From positions 11,222,001 to 11,286,000 of the forward strand of contig NC_043016.1 of NCBI RefSeq assembly GCF_006345805.1: DNA of 64,000 bases, given 5' to 3'. The position numbers and the translations under genes are program-made. Origin of the DNA: Octopus sinensis (taxonomy: Eukaryota). Shown one piece after another: positions 12,751 through 25,329 of this stretch; position 1 is the first letter of the stretch, and every line of letters begins with the position of its first letter. The notes beneath the pieces were generated by a model. It ran no database searches. It saw only the letters and a program-made list of their open reading frames with translations, and had not been told where the DNA came from.

Positions 12751-13166
12751 GCTCTTTTGCTCTTTTGCTCTTTTACTTGTTTCAGTCATTTGACTGCAGC
12801 CATGCTGGAGCACCACCTTTAATCGAGCAAATCGACACCGGGACTTATTCTTTTGTAAGCCAAGTACTTATTCTATCGGTCCCTTTTGCCGAACCGCTAA
12901 GTAACGGGGACATAAACACACCAGCATCGGTTGTCATGCAATGCTAGGGGGACAAACACAGACACACAAACACACACATGCATATATATATATACATATA
13001 TACGACGGGCTTCTTTCAGTTTCCATCTACCAAATCCACTCACAAGGCTTTGGTTGGCCCGAGGCTATAGTAGGAGACGCTTGCCCAAAGTGCCACGCAG
13101 TGGGACTGAACCTGGAACCATGTGGCTGGTAAACAAGCTACTTACCACACAGCCACTCCTGCGCCT
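12751..13166 (-). mobile_element. Full-length SINE group A (tRNA-like head, CORE-like centre, GTAAAAGA-type tail)
   Basis: Near-identical to 21141-21558 and 26503-26917. Confidence 0.9.
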
Positions 13167-13175
13167 ATATATATA

Positions 13176-14836
13176 CACTTGCGTCGGAAATTAATTAGCA
13201 CTTCTCAAATTTCTACATTTTCTTACATTTTCTTAATTTAATTAACTTATTAGAAACGAACTCGTTTATAATCAGAAACGAACTCGTTTATAATCAAAAA
13301 TTTATTAAAACATATCCCAGCACACCACATAATTGTTATTAATCATGAAATTTAGTCAATATCTTGTTGCTCCTCCTTTGGCAGCAATGACAGCTGCTAC
13401 GTGGGTCGGCATGCTGTCTATGAGTGCCTGCAGGTACTGTGCAGGGATGGCCCTCCATGCAGCAAGAAGTGCCCCAAACAGCTTGTGTCGGTTCAGGTCA
13501 GGTGACTGGCCAGGCCAGTCCATGACCGTCACCCCATGGTCCTTGAAGAAACCGGTTGTGAGCTTGGCTGTGTGGGAAGGCACATTGTCCTGCTGGAGCA
13601 CGTACTCCTCGCCACCAAAGAGGTATCCCGTACTATCTCAACGCACTTTGCTGCGTTGATGTTGCCTTCGACAGCATAGAGCCGCCCAACACCACTGTAA
13701 CTGAACGCCCCTCACACCATCAGACCACCCCCACCATGCTTCATGGTGAGAGCAATGCAGTCTTTGTTGAAGCGCTCACCCCTGCAGCGTCGCACATGGA
13801 CAGGCTTGTCACTGACGAGACTGAATCGCGACTCGTCAGTGAACATCACTGTCCACCACTGCTGCATGGTCCATGTCTTGTGGGCACGGGCCCAGAGCAG
13901 CCGCCTCTTCCAGTTTTGGGCTGTAAGGAGCGGCTTATGGGCGGCCCTACAGGATTTTAGACCAGCTTCCAGTAATCTGGTCTTGACGTGGTTGTAGACA
14001 CTACTTCCCTGTCATCTTTTGCATCTCTCCACCAGTTGCTGGCTCGTTGCCCTTCGGTTGTACAGCAACTTTCGGATCAGCATCCGCTCCTCCCGCTGGG
14101 TCGTCAGCCTCTTCCGTCCCCTACCCTTTTTGTCAGCTGCTGATCCAGTTTCCTCGTATTTCTTAAATAAGCACTGATTGTGCGCCTGGCTACACCAAGT
14201 TTCTGGCTATTGCAGCCTCCGACAGCTTCCCACGCCACAAGAGAGCCTCGTACCGTCTCTCCAAGGTCATGCGAGGTCTTGGGTCCATCTAGGAATGAAC
14301 GATAAAACCAGTTATTTTCATTAAAACTATATTTGAATAATGTTATGCTATAACAAAACTGCTATGAGTTATTATCATTAAACAAAAAAGAAAGAAAGCA
14401 GAATTTCTCACCTTATTTGATGTATAACAGAAAGTTTTGTGAACCAGAAGTGACGTCATCAAGCAGAGTGTAGGAGAATTTGTGAGGAAAAAAAAATCTT
14501 GCAAATACACAAATCATTTAACCTACGAGCTGTTCAAACGTCTTACGCGATGAGAAAACTTAGTACGGTGTGATTTCGGTCCTTGCGAGGCGCTACCTAT
14601 ATCTATTAAACAAAGAAGATTTTGTCTGCATCCGCACTCCAAGTTGTTGTTGCACTGCTATGTCAACATCATTAGGCTGCAGAATCTCAAACTGCTCTGC
14701 AAACAAAGTTACGTCATCGTTCTGCGCAACAGTGAACTCACAACAAAGCAATAGTTCGAGATATGGCCACTAGGTGACAGCAAATACCTTGAGTGAAGAG
14801 AAAATTAAGGGTGCTAATTAATTTCTGATGGTAGTG
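13176..14836 (-). mobile_element. Complete Tc1-like element (decayed DD34E transposase) with 26-bp TIRs and TA TSD
   Basis: TIRs 13176-13201 and 14811-14836 match at 22/26 and are flanked by TA. ATG at 14288 (MDPRPRMTLERR), MFTDESRF, LQQDNVPSH, WPGQSPDLN, stop at 13356. Confidence 0.93.
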
Positions 14837-15099
14837 TATATATATATATATATACACACACATGCATATATGCTGCTAATGGGGCAGTTATCTACCCTGT
14901 CAGTAAATATAAATGTGCTTTTATGCAGCTGTAAGTGACTTAACTCTTATTTCTAGCAATGCATATGCTTGTAGTGCATACATCACAATTTGTGATGACT
15001 AGATTTTGAACATACAGTTTACATTGCACCCATGTTGATTTTATACTTGTATATAAGTATATATATATATATTATATATATAATATATTAGATATATTA

Positions 15100-15755
15100 T
15101 ACTACAAAATTAGAAAGTGGAGAAACATACTTAAATCAATAAAACATCAACTATCAGATGATACCCAATCAATACTTTATTCACCATTACATATCAGTAA
15201 AGGCATTATACAAACTATACAGTAATTGTAAATAGACAAAGAGATATAAGTATAAAATTTCCAATATAATATGTAATTAAATCAAATCTGACAGCTGTTT
15301 CGGCAGCGAGGGCAGTCTACCTCATTTAACCTATAAGCCATAAAGGCAGGTATAAATGAGGCATTAACAAGGATGCCCCACGGCCTCTTCAGAGAATTAA
15401 ATATGTTATAATTGTGAAAAAAATTATTTATCCATATACATATAAATATAAAAATATAAAAATGTAAAATATAAAAACTATGCATAAACTTCATAATGCT
15501 ACACTTATATAATATAATACTCATTGGTACAATAATGCAAGGTAAACAGAACAAAATAAAACAAATATATATCAGTGTATATATTAATATTAATAAGCAC
15601 AGTTATTATACATATTTGGCTATAGTTTTTTAAAAAACTAACACATAGGGAGATGAAAAATAATAATATAATAATAATAATGATAATAATAATTAAACCA
15701 TGGTTCAGTTCATAAAATTATAAAGCTATAAAAGTCAATAAAAATTACTATTAAT

Positions 15756-15807
<52 letters not shown>

Positions 15808-16062
15808 GATACAGTTATGTTTGCACCAAGTCCATCCTTTCAAGATCGAAATAACTGCCGAAACAGCTGTCAGATTTGATTTAATTACATATTATATTTG
15901 AAATTTTATACTTATATCTCTTTGTCTATTTACAATTACTGTATATTTTGTATAATGCCTTTACTGATATGTAATGGTGTAATAAAGTATTGATTGGGTA
16001 TCATCTGATAGTTGATGTTTTATTGATTTAAGTATGTTTCTCCATTTTCTAATTTTGTAGTA
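15100..16062. mobile_element. Foldback element with ~207-bp inverted arms carrying a hammerhead
   Basis: 15100-15306 is the reverse complement of 15855-16062. The ~550-bp spacer includes (TAA)n; the element abuts (TA)n. Confidence 0.85.
15284..15398 (-). ncRNA. Type-I hammerhead motif with extended stem II
   Basis: TCT-CTGAAGA-GGC..(branched hairpin)..GCC-GAAAC-AGCT-GT-C-AGA. Intact core, GUC triplet, predicted cut between 15290 and 15289. Confidence 0.75.
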
Positions 16063-16246
16063 TTAATTACGGTAATATATTACCTTTACCCATATAATAC
16101 AATAGATGAACTGATTGTTTGGCAATTTTTAACATCTATGTATTAGTCTTGTTGGGTACCTATCTAGCAGTATATTGGATATATGTTATCCCATGGTGGG
16201 TTGAATTTTCAACCCCTATCTCATTTTATAACCTATATATATATAT

Positions 16247-16465
16247 ATCTATACAATATGTTACATTACTCGGTAGTCAAGATAAAACTCTGAGTTTCAG
16301 ATGCCGAAGTGGAAATCCACAACACCATCTCTTCGGTTATCTGGCTATTTGAAAAGGTTTTCAAATAGCCAGATAACTGAAGAGATGGTGTTGTGGATTT
16401 CCACTTTGGCATTTGAAACTCAGAGTTTTTCTTGACTACCGAGTAATGTAACATATTGTATAGAT
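16247..16465. mobile_element. Near-perfect ~219-bp palindrome holding two inverted hammerhead-like motifs
   Basis: Arms of ~109 bp around 16356-16357. Consensus GATAA-CTGAAGA-GATG..CATC-T-GAAAC-TCAGA-GT-T-TTATC at 16372-16431 (+) and 16282-16341 (-). Confidence 0.8.
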
Positions 16466-16527
16466 AAATTTCCTCTATTTACATAATATTGAGGTCTCTT
16501 TCTTTCTTTGTTATCTTACCGTTTTAT

Positions 16528-16601
<74 letters not shown>

Positions 16602-16624
16602 ACTCCCCCATTGGTTTCAATGTA

Positions 16625-17260
16625 CAGAGGTTGGACAAAATAATGGAAATACCTTAAAATTTCAAACAAATTTATTTTAATATGGGGTAGGACCGCCTTT
16701 TGCAGTAATTACAGCTTGAATTGTTTCCTAAGGAATTTTTGTCCATTCTTCAGCTAAAACAGTCTCCAGTTCTTGTAGTGATGATGGTGGAGGATATCGA
16801 ATCCTTACTTGTTTTTCTAAAATGCACCATAAATGTTCAATAATATTGAGATCTGGGGACTGTGGTGACCAGATAAGATGTTCAACTTCACTAGAATGTT
16901 CCTTGAGCCATTCAGTAACAACTTGAGGTGTGTGAATTGGTGCATTATCATCCTGAAAGATTGTGTTTCCCTCTGGAAACCGTTCCGCAACCATAGGATG
17001 AATTTGATCAGATAAAATGCTTAATTAGTCTTGACTATTAATTCTGCCATGAAGGGAAACATTTGGGCTGGTGGATTTCCAAGATATCACAGATCCTCCT
17101 CCATGTTTAATAGTTGGAAGAAGGCAGCCTGGGTCAAATGCTTCTTTTGGCTGTCTCCACACGTATACTTGGCCAGTGGTTGGAAATAAGGTAAAGGATG
17201 ACTTGTCTGAGAAAATAACATTCTTCCACTGCTCCACTACCAGGATGGTTGTACATGGAG
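16625..17260 (-). mobile_element. Tc1-like element, 3' half with terminal TIR
   Basis: IFSDKSSF, FQDDNAPIH, SPDLNIIEHLW. Ends at TA-CAGAGGTTGGACAAAATAATGGAAATACC. Confidence 0.88.
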
Positions 17261-17910
17261 ACTTTGGGTATTCTTTCATCACTCATTCTGAAGACATGGC
17301 CAGCCAAGCACAATTGTGACTACATAAGGAAGCTCTTGATTCCACCAATCTTACACTTGCTAAACAGGTCGGTATTGGACACAGTCTTTTGGTAATAACC
17401 TCAGATTGTCCTGAGAGAGCCTTTGTGGAAGACATCAAGCTGGTTAATGTGTCACCTACAAGGTATCCATGATTCTGAGCCATACAAGAGAGTAGTATGA
17501 ATGGCAGCTTTACAGACCTGTACTTTGGTGTCAAGTTTAATGCCCCCTTTCGTTTGATAGATGATGACAAATTTTGGCAAAAAGTGTGTTGGTTGCTTTT
17601 GGAAGATGGTTAAAGATTTCATCAGCAAGGGAAGTGTTTGAGATCACTTCGTTACCAAGATATGTAAATAACTTCATGTACTTTACATTTTTTTCCCACT
17701 GACCTTTATAGGAGTGTCAGGGAAATTGTGAACCAGTGGTCCCTGCCTGATGCTTTGAATTTGCTAGGAGTAGGGTAAGCTTGGTGGTTCTTGCCCATCT
17801 TTGCAATGAAGTTAGTCAAGCTGAAGGTTTTACATGCAGCAGAAAACTGGTCTAGAACTTCCTGAGATTCCTCCAAGGAAGTCAGTATTTGTGAGTACAG
17901 CACTGTCTGC
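17260..17910 (-). mobile_element. RTE-type LINE RT/thumb fragment
   Basis: LEESQEVLDQFSAACKTFSL; GIKLDTKVQVCKAAIHTTLLYGSESW; AGHVFRMSDERIPK. Confidence 0.8.
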
Positions 17911-17989
17911 AAAATGCAGATCACGAATAATATTGGTGTGTGTGTGTGTGTGTGTATGCGTGCATGCATGTGTACATATGTATGTATAT

Positions 17990-18213
17990 GTATATACATA
18001 ATTCACTCAGCTGTAGAAATGAGTTGCGACGTCACTGGTGCCAAGCTGTATCAGCCCCTTTGCCTTTCCCTTGGATAACATTTGTGGCGTGGAGAGGGGA
18101 GGCCGGTATGTATGGGCAACTGCTGGTCTTCCATAAACAACCTTGCTCAGACTTGTACCTCAGAGGGTAACTTTCTAGGTGCAATCCCACGGTCAGTCAT
18201 GACCGAAGGGGGT
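17990..18213 (+). mobile_element. SINE group C, 5'-truncated
   Basis: TCACTCAGCTGTAGAAATGAG..GACCGAAGGGGGTC, as in 19770-20105. Confidence 0.8.
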
Positions 18214-18705
18214 CGCAAATATATACACACACACACAGACACATAGATACATAAAGATATACATAGAGAGAGAGAGTCATATATAGATACATAAAACTAA
18301 AAATATCCAGAAGATAAACATAAAAAATACAGAATACTAAGGAGAACAGGCATCGTTTAATAGAAGATCGTTTTTCTAGAAGATTGGAATACTTAATAAC
18401 CATAATGTTCATAACACAATTACATATACAGCTAAATACTGGAAGAACCCTATTGTATATGTATATATCTGTGTGTGCATGTCTTTGTGTCTGTGTTAGT
18501 TCCCATCACTGCTTGGAAACTGGTGTTGGTGTGTTTACGTCCCTGTAACTTAGCTGTCTGGCAAAAAGAGCCCAATAGAATACACAGTAAGCTTTAAAAA
18601 ATTAGTCTTGGGATCAATTTGTTTGACTAAAATCTTTCAAGGTGGTGCCCCACCATGGCCACAATCTAATGACTGAAACAAGTAAAAGATAAAAAGATAA
18701 CATAA

Positions 18706-18739
<34 letters not shown>

Positions 18740-19117
18740 ATTTATATGTGTGTATTTGTATGTGTGTATTTTTGTATGTGTACGCATGTATAGAGGATAA
18801 ATATAGGTACGTACGTATAGCATCATTATATTATGAGAATTTAGTAACATACGCCATTTGAAATCTACACTGTATATGATCTGGTTCAAAAAAGACATAA
18901 TTACAACACAAACAACAACAACAGAAGCAGCAGCAGTAACAGTAGCAGCATTGGCAGCAGCAAACTCGGTGGAGTTGTGGAGAGGGAGCACCGATTTGTT
19001 TTCCTTCCCCTTTTTTCTAATTAGAGTAGAAAGAATTTTCCTGGCAATACTATTGAGGGAGAATAATTTGGAAAGAAATAACCAAATTTTTGGTAACATG
19101 TTTGGCACACTGTCATT

Positions 19118-19304
19118 ACAACAGTTGATTTCCATGTAAGTGGCTGAGTGCACCACAGACACACATACTCTTAACGTAGTTCTCAGGGAAATTCAGTGTG
19201 ACACAGAGTGTGACAAGGCTGGCCCTTTTAAATACAGGTACTACTCATTTTTGCCAGCGGAGTGGACTGGAGCAATGTGAAGTAGAGTGTCTTGCTCAAG
19301 GACA
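19118..19304 (-). mobile_element. Chimeric SINE C' (C-type core with D-type tail), partial
   Basis: TTGAGCAAGACACT..CTCCAGTCCAC core joined to the group D tail. Confidence 0.7.
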
Positions 19305-19769
19305 GAGTGTGCATGCATACACACACACATATACACACACACACAAACATGATGGTCTTCTTTCAGTTTCCACCTGCCAAATCTACTAACAAAGCTTAGG
19401 TCAGCCCAAGCCTATAGTAGAAAAAAACTTGCCTAAGGTGCCAAACTTGTAATGGCACCAAACTTGGAACCATGTGGTTAAGAAGCAAACTGCTTACCAC
19501 ACAGCTATGCTTACACCTATGTGCATTTGGATTACATTATCCAATGTGTTCTTTCCATTTTGTTTTCATAAATATAGAATGTGATTTGAAGGAGACTTTA
19601 CTCTTATTTCTAGTAGGTCAAGAAAAACAAATCAAGAAGATGATTTGTCATTAGCATGTCATTGTTTAATCCTAGCTCAGCCCTGGTCAAGCAAATCGAT
19701 GTTGAATATGTTCCATATCAGCTTTTATTTTTTTATTTCTTTTTATTTTAGATACAGTATTTTGAGAGA

Positions 19770-20105
19770 AGGCGCATGGCTCAGTGGTTAGAGTGCCGAG
19801 CTTACGATCGTAAGGTTGTGAGCTCAAATACTGGACAGGGATGCATGTTGTGTTCTTGAGCAAGACACATTATTTCACGTTGCTCCAGTTCACTCAGCTG
19901 TAGAAATGAGTTGCGAAGTTACAGGTGCCAAGCTGTATTGGCCCCTTTGCCTTTCCCTTGGATAACACTGGTGGCGTAGAGAGGGGAGGCTGGTATGCAT
20001 GGGCGACTGCTGGTCTTCTATAAACAACCTTGCCCGGACTTATGCCTGGGAGGGTAACTTTCTAGGTGCAATCCCATGGTCTGTGTCGTGACTGAAGGGG
20101 GCCTC
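19770..20105 (+). mobile_element. Full-length SINE group C (tRNA head plus CORE-like domain)
   Basis: GGCGCATGGCTCAGTGGTTAGAG head; TTCTTGAGCAAGACAC core. Copies at 30505, 47140, 47808 and 57225. Confidence 0.88.
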
Positions 20106-20244
20106 AGTATTTTGAGAACTACATCATCAAAACTGTCCTTAAATTTTAAAGACTATTACCTAAGTTTTTTTAGAGGACAGTGAGTGATTCCTAATATGCT
20201 ACATGCATTAATGCATTCAACCCCCAATATTACCCTAGCTTAGG

Positions 20245-21090
20245 GTGGCAAGCTGGCAGAACCATAAGCACGACAGGTAAAATGATTAGCAGCATTTCAT
20301 CCACCTTTACATTCTGAGTTCAAATTCCACTGAGGTTGGCTTTGCTTTTCATCCTTTAGGGTCAATAAAATAAGAACCAGTTGAATACTGGGGTCGATGT
20401 AACCAACTATCCCCATCCCCCAAAATTTCAGGCCTTGTGCCTATAATAGAAAAGAAGATTACCTTAGCTTAAATGGTCAGGTAGTTAAATTGTTAGCACA
20501 GCAGGTAGAATGCTAAGCAGAATTCCATCTGTCTCTACAATCTGAGTTCAAATTCTGTGGAGATTGACTTCCCCTTTGATCCTTTTTAGGGTTGATAAAA
20601 TAAATATTATATCAACATGCACCCTCAGCCCCGAAATTACTGGCATTGTAAAAAGCACCCACTACACTCAAGGAGTGGTTGGCGTTAGGAAGGGCATCCA
20701 GCTGTGGAAACACTGCCAGATAAGACTGGAGCCTGGTGCAGCCTTCTGACTTCCCAGATCCCCGGTCGAACCGTCCAACCCATGCTAGCACGGAAAGCGG
20801 ACGTTAAACGATGATGATGATGATGATGATGATGATGTGCCACAATTTGAAACCTATATTACTCTAACTGAAAGCAGTGAACTGACAGAATCGTTGGTAC
20901 AGTGGAAATATTGCTTTGTGACATTCCTTTTTGGCTCTCTACGTTCTGAGTTCAAATTCCTCTGAGGTCGACGTTGCTTTTCATCTTTTTGGGGGTTGAT
21001 AAAATAAGTACCAGTTGAGCACTGGAGGAGATGTAATCAACCAGCCCCTTCCTTCAAAATTTCAGGCTTTGTGTTGATAAGAGAAAGAAA
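20245..21090 (+). mobile_element. Cluster of three decayed SINE B copies with a group E element (20640-20835)
   Basis: Repeated TTCTGAGTTCAAATTC motifs; group E 3' end with (GAT)n. Confidence 0.75.
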
Positions 21091-21140
21091 TATTGCCTTA
21101 TCTGCCAATAGGAAGAGACTACTAACATTATGGTTCATGT

Positions 21141-21558
21141 AGGCGCAGGAGTGGCTGTGTGGTAAGTAGCTTGTTTACCAACCACATGGTTCCGGGTTCA
21201 GTCCCACTGCGTGGCACCTTGGGCAAGTGTCTTCTAATATAGCCTCGGGCCGACCAAACCCTTGTGAGTGGATTTGGTAGACGGAAACTGAAAGAAGCCC
21301 GTCGTATTTATGTATATATATATATATATATATGCGTGTGTGTGTTTGTGTGTCTGTGTTTTTCCCCCTAACATTGCTTGACAACCGATGCTGGTATGTT
21401 TATGTCCCCGTTACTTAGCGGTTCGGCAAAAGAGACCGATAGAATAAGTACAGGGCTTACAAAGAATAAGTCCTGGGGTTGATTTGCTCGACTAAAGGCG
21501 GTGCTCCATCATGGCCGCAGTCAAATGACTGAAACAATTAAAAGAGTAAAAGAGAGAG
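21141..21558 (+). mobile_element. Full-length SINE group A
   Basis: AGGCGCAGGAGTGGCTGTGTGGTAAG..GGTTCAGTCCC head, GGCACCTTGGGCAAGTG core, (GTAAAAGA)n tail. Confidence 0.92.
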
Positions 21559-21854
21559 TAGGGGTGCATCACTTAATGCTTTTAATTTCTGCAATGGACT
21601 CCTTCAGCATTTTGTCAGCAACCTTATAAATTCAATGATTTATAATTTCATCTGTACCCCTATTAAATCACATAAAGGGTGGGCTGCTTTTCTAGATTTA
21701 TTGTGCTCTTAAAAGAAAGTCAGAGACAATTTTAGTGTTTATTGTAAACCAGAAATACTATTGCACCAAAACACCTCAAATTACTTGATTTGTAAATGTG
21801 AAAGACAGACCTTGGTAAAACTAATTTTCCTACGTTTTGTTGTATATTAGTTTA

Positions 21855-22152
21855 CAATGGCCCAGTGGTTAGGGCAGCGGACTCGCGGTCGTAGGATCGC
21901 GGTTTCGATTCCCAGACCGGGCGTTGTGAGTGTTTATTGAGCGAAAACACCTAAAGCTCCACGAGGCTCCGGCAGGGGATGGTGGTGATCCCTACTGTAC
22001 TCTTTCATCACAACTTTCTCTCACTCTTACTTCCTGTTTCTGTTGTACCTGTATTTTAAGGGGCCTGCCTTGTCACGGCCTTGTCACGAGCAGGCTGTTC
22101 CATTGATCGGATCAACCGGAACCCTCGTCATCGTAACCGACGGAGTGCTTCC
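21855..22152 (+). mobile_element. SINE group D (internal deletion)
   Basis: AATGGCCCAGTGGTTAGGGCAGCGGACTCG..GGTTTCGATTCCC tRNA-like head; matches 24400-24782. Confidence 0.88.
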
Positions 22153-22276
22153 ACAGTTTCCTTAATAATTTCCTTACTCTATTTCAGTTGAAATCCTCTA
22201 CCTTTGTTTCACTTAATGTTGAAAATTATTAAGAATTCCGTAAGATAATGTTGCCATTACTAAACTAGTGTTTTAT

Positions 22277-22495
22277 GGTGGCAAACTAGCAGAATCGTTA
22301 ACATGCCAGGCAAGATACTTAGCAGCATTTCGTCCTTAATTACATTCTGAGTTCAAATTCTGCTGAGGTCAACTTTGCCTTTCAGCCTTTTGGGAGTGAT
22401 AAATTAAGTACCAGTAAAACACTGGGGGGGGGGTTGATGTAATCAACTAGCCCCTCCCCACAAAATTTTAGGCCTTGTGCCTATTGTAGAAAATG
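22277..22495 (+). mobile_element. SINE group B
   Basis: Family consensus match. Confidence 0.8.
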
Positions 22496-22699
22496 TTTTT
22501 AAACTGGTGTTTGGAACATAAATTAAGTGAAATTTTAATGGAAGAAGATTTTTAGTCTGATCACTTTAACCCTTTCGTTGCCATATTTCTGTTGAAATAC
22601 CGCACTGCCTTTATTTCAACTAATGCTGATAATAACAAAGATTTTAGTAAAATAACTTTGTCATTAATGATTATTTTCCAACATAATATGTCAGTCCTG

Positions 22700-23900
22700 G
22701 TTTAGGACAAATGTTGCTGTAATTAAGCCCCACGAGACATCGTCTCCAGCTGGCTATACGACAAGATATGTGTCCTTATATTTTCAAACAAGGGAACCTA
22801 GCACCCCCACTCAGCTCAAAAGAATATCTGTGTATCATGATTTACGGATTATTTCCATAATAATGGAAAGCAAAACAGTAACATTCAGAACATTTTTGAA
22901 TGAAAATGGGAGAATAGAACACTCGCCGCAGGAAGAGATAGAGGAAATGTTGGTGGTGAATATGGGAGAAAAGATAACTTTTTTTGCAAGAGGAGGGAGA
23001 TACGGAACTATAGTAGTAATGTTTCTTTCAGAAGAGGAGGCGGAAAAATCTGGCAACACGATGTTACATGGAGAGAAATGGACATTGATGCCGGACTGTT
23101 GGGGCAAAAGAGTTGTCAGGGTTAGGGTGGGAAGAATCCCACTGTCAATAGACCCAGAATGAGTAACAGCTGCAACATTTAATTCAGAGCTGAGGAAGAA
23201 AGGAGAAGACCTGAGGATTGGCATAGTAAGTAGAAAACAACAATTGGATTGCTGGGGTTATGGTATTGAAATAATCTGTGTGGTAAGCCCAAAATATTAT
23301 GATGAAATGGCAAAAACTTTGGAATTACCAAACAGTGAAAAACTGGAAATAATGTAGGAGGGAGACCCCCAAAACGCCCTAGAGCAGCAGTGGAAATGGT
23401 GGAAGAGAGTGCTCGGGAAATATAGTGGTGGAAAAAAAGCAGAAACAAAAAGTAGGATATGGTGGGAATTTTGCGGAGGTAAAACCCAGGAAATGAGAGA
23501 GAAGAAAGTCACTGACGACAATGGACTTGAAGAAGAGTAAAGAAATGGAAGAAGAAACCCAACCCATGATGAGAAACGGAGAAAATTTACCAGTGGAAGT
23601 ACTAGCAAAGGAGTTAAAAGTACAGTCATGCAGACCAGAAACAAGACAACCCAGAATTACGGAAACCTAAAGAAATATACACACAGACGAAACACGTAGA
23701 GTTGTAATCAAATGAACACACAGACACACAAATGCACGAACACACAGACTTAGAGACAAAAATACAAGAACACACAAAACAGCAGGAAAATAGAAACAAA
23801 AAGAGACAACATGAAAAACACAAACAAAAAGAAAACTTATAGTGAGATAGGACAACCCAACTTAAAAGGATTGCAGAATTGAAAGACATTGTGAGACACA
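22700..23900 (+). mobile_element. Decayed gag/ORF1-like element A (RRM-like region, Lys/Glu-rich tail), no RT
   Basis: ATG at 22863. GGRYGTIVVMF..KWTLMPDCWGKRVVRVRVGRIP aligns with element B (GKKYGTVEVQF..EWALLPTYCGKHAARIRIGRVT). Confidence 0.7.
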
Positions 23901-23914
23901 GAAGGGGTAAGTCG

Positions 23915-24135
23915 ATATATGTTTTCTTATTGCCTACAAGGGGCTAAACATAGAGGGGACAAACGAATTAAGTCGATTACAATGACCCCAGTGTGTAACT
24001 GGTACTTAATTTATCGACCCCGAAAGGATGAAAGGCAAAGTCGACCTCGGCGGAATTTGAACTCAGAACGCAGCGGTGGACGAAATACCGCAAAGCATTT
24101 CGCCCGGCATGCTAACGTTTCTGTCAGCTCGCTGC
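23915..24135 (-). mobile_element. Full-length SINE group B
   Basis: Family consensus match. Confidence 0.88.
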
Positions 24136-24399
24136 CTTATATAATCGACTTCCGTTTGTTGTCCTTGTTTGTCCTCTCTGTGTTTAGCCCCTTGTGGGTA
24201 GTAAAGAAATAGGTAAGTCGATATAATCTTGTAAAGACTGTAACTGAGGAAAATATTTATTTGAACTTTTAAGGAAAAAAAGGAAAAACAAGGAAAGTTC
24301 GTAATGGTTGAATGAACAGGTTTCCAAAATGTTTTAAAAAAATATTGTGGTACTTTGGTTAAAAAAAAAAAGGAAAAAATAAGAAGTAAATCCTGTATG

Positions 24400-24782
24400 G
24401 AAGCCACTCCGTCGGTTACGACGATGAGGGTTCCGGTTGATCCGAATCAACGGAACAGCCTGCTCGTGAATTAACGTGTAAGTGGCTGAGCACTCCACAG
24501 AACACGTGCACCCTCAAAGTAGTTCTCGGGGATATTCAGCGTGACTCAGAGGTGACAAGGCGGCCCTTGAAAAAGGTACAGTTACAACAGAAACAGAATA
24601 AGAGTGAGAGAAAGTTGTGGTGAAGAGTACAGCAGGGATCACCACCATCCCCTGCCGGAACCTCGTGGAGCTTTTAGGTGTTTTCGCTCAATAAACACTC
24701 ACAACACCCGGTCTGGGAATCGAAACCGCGATCCTATGACCGCGAGTCCACTGCCCTAACCACTGGGCCATTGCGCCTCCAC
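24400..24782 (-). mobile_element. Full-length SINE group D with 12-bp TSD
   Basis: AAATCCTGTATG at 24388-24399 and 24783-24794. Confidence 0.92.
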
Positions 24783-25329
24783 AAATCCTGTATGAACAAT
24801 TGTTTAAAAGGTGAGTACTTGTAAAGCAAAAGCGAAAAGGGAAGTCGCGGTTTTGCCTTGGAGCGAGGCTAGAGGTTGTGTAAAAGTTTAAGTGAAAAGG
24901 AATCCATGGTTTCATCTTGCAATGGGAGCAAAATGGCCGTCTCATTTGCATTGTAATTTTATTCATTTCACATTCATCCTTCATGTGTTTTATGTTCCTG
25001 CATGTCTTTGTATGTCCCCTCTGTAATTAGGCCTTGTGCCTGTAATAAAGAATCAAGCTAGCAAGGCCACGTCTTTTTCATCTGTGACAAGTTGTTGTCT
25101 TCAGTTTGTTACCTGTGGTATGTGAGTTCGTTTTCTGTTCTGTTTATTGTAAATTTGTGTTATTTGAAGTGAAATATTTTAATTGAAATTGAAGTGTTGT
25201 CCTTTGGAAAATGGTAATTTTCGCCCTGTGGGGTAGAAAATTTCTGTAAATTTTGTGAACTGTGATTTTTACGAAAATATTTTCTGGAAATTTTCTTGTC
25301 ATTTGTGACAAGTGTGAAGAAACGAAGTT

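Noticed and set aside
21855-21930. tRNA genes at SINE heads
   Set aside because: A/B-box heads continue into SINE bodies and lack complete cloverleaves.
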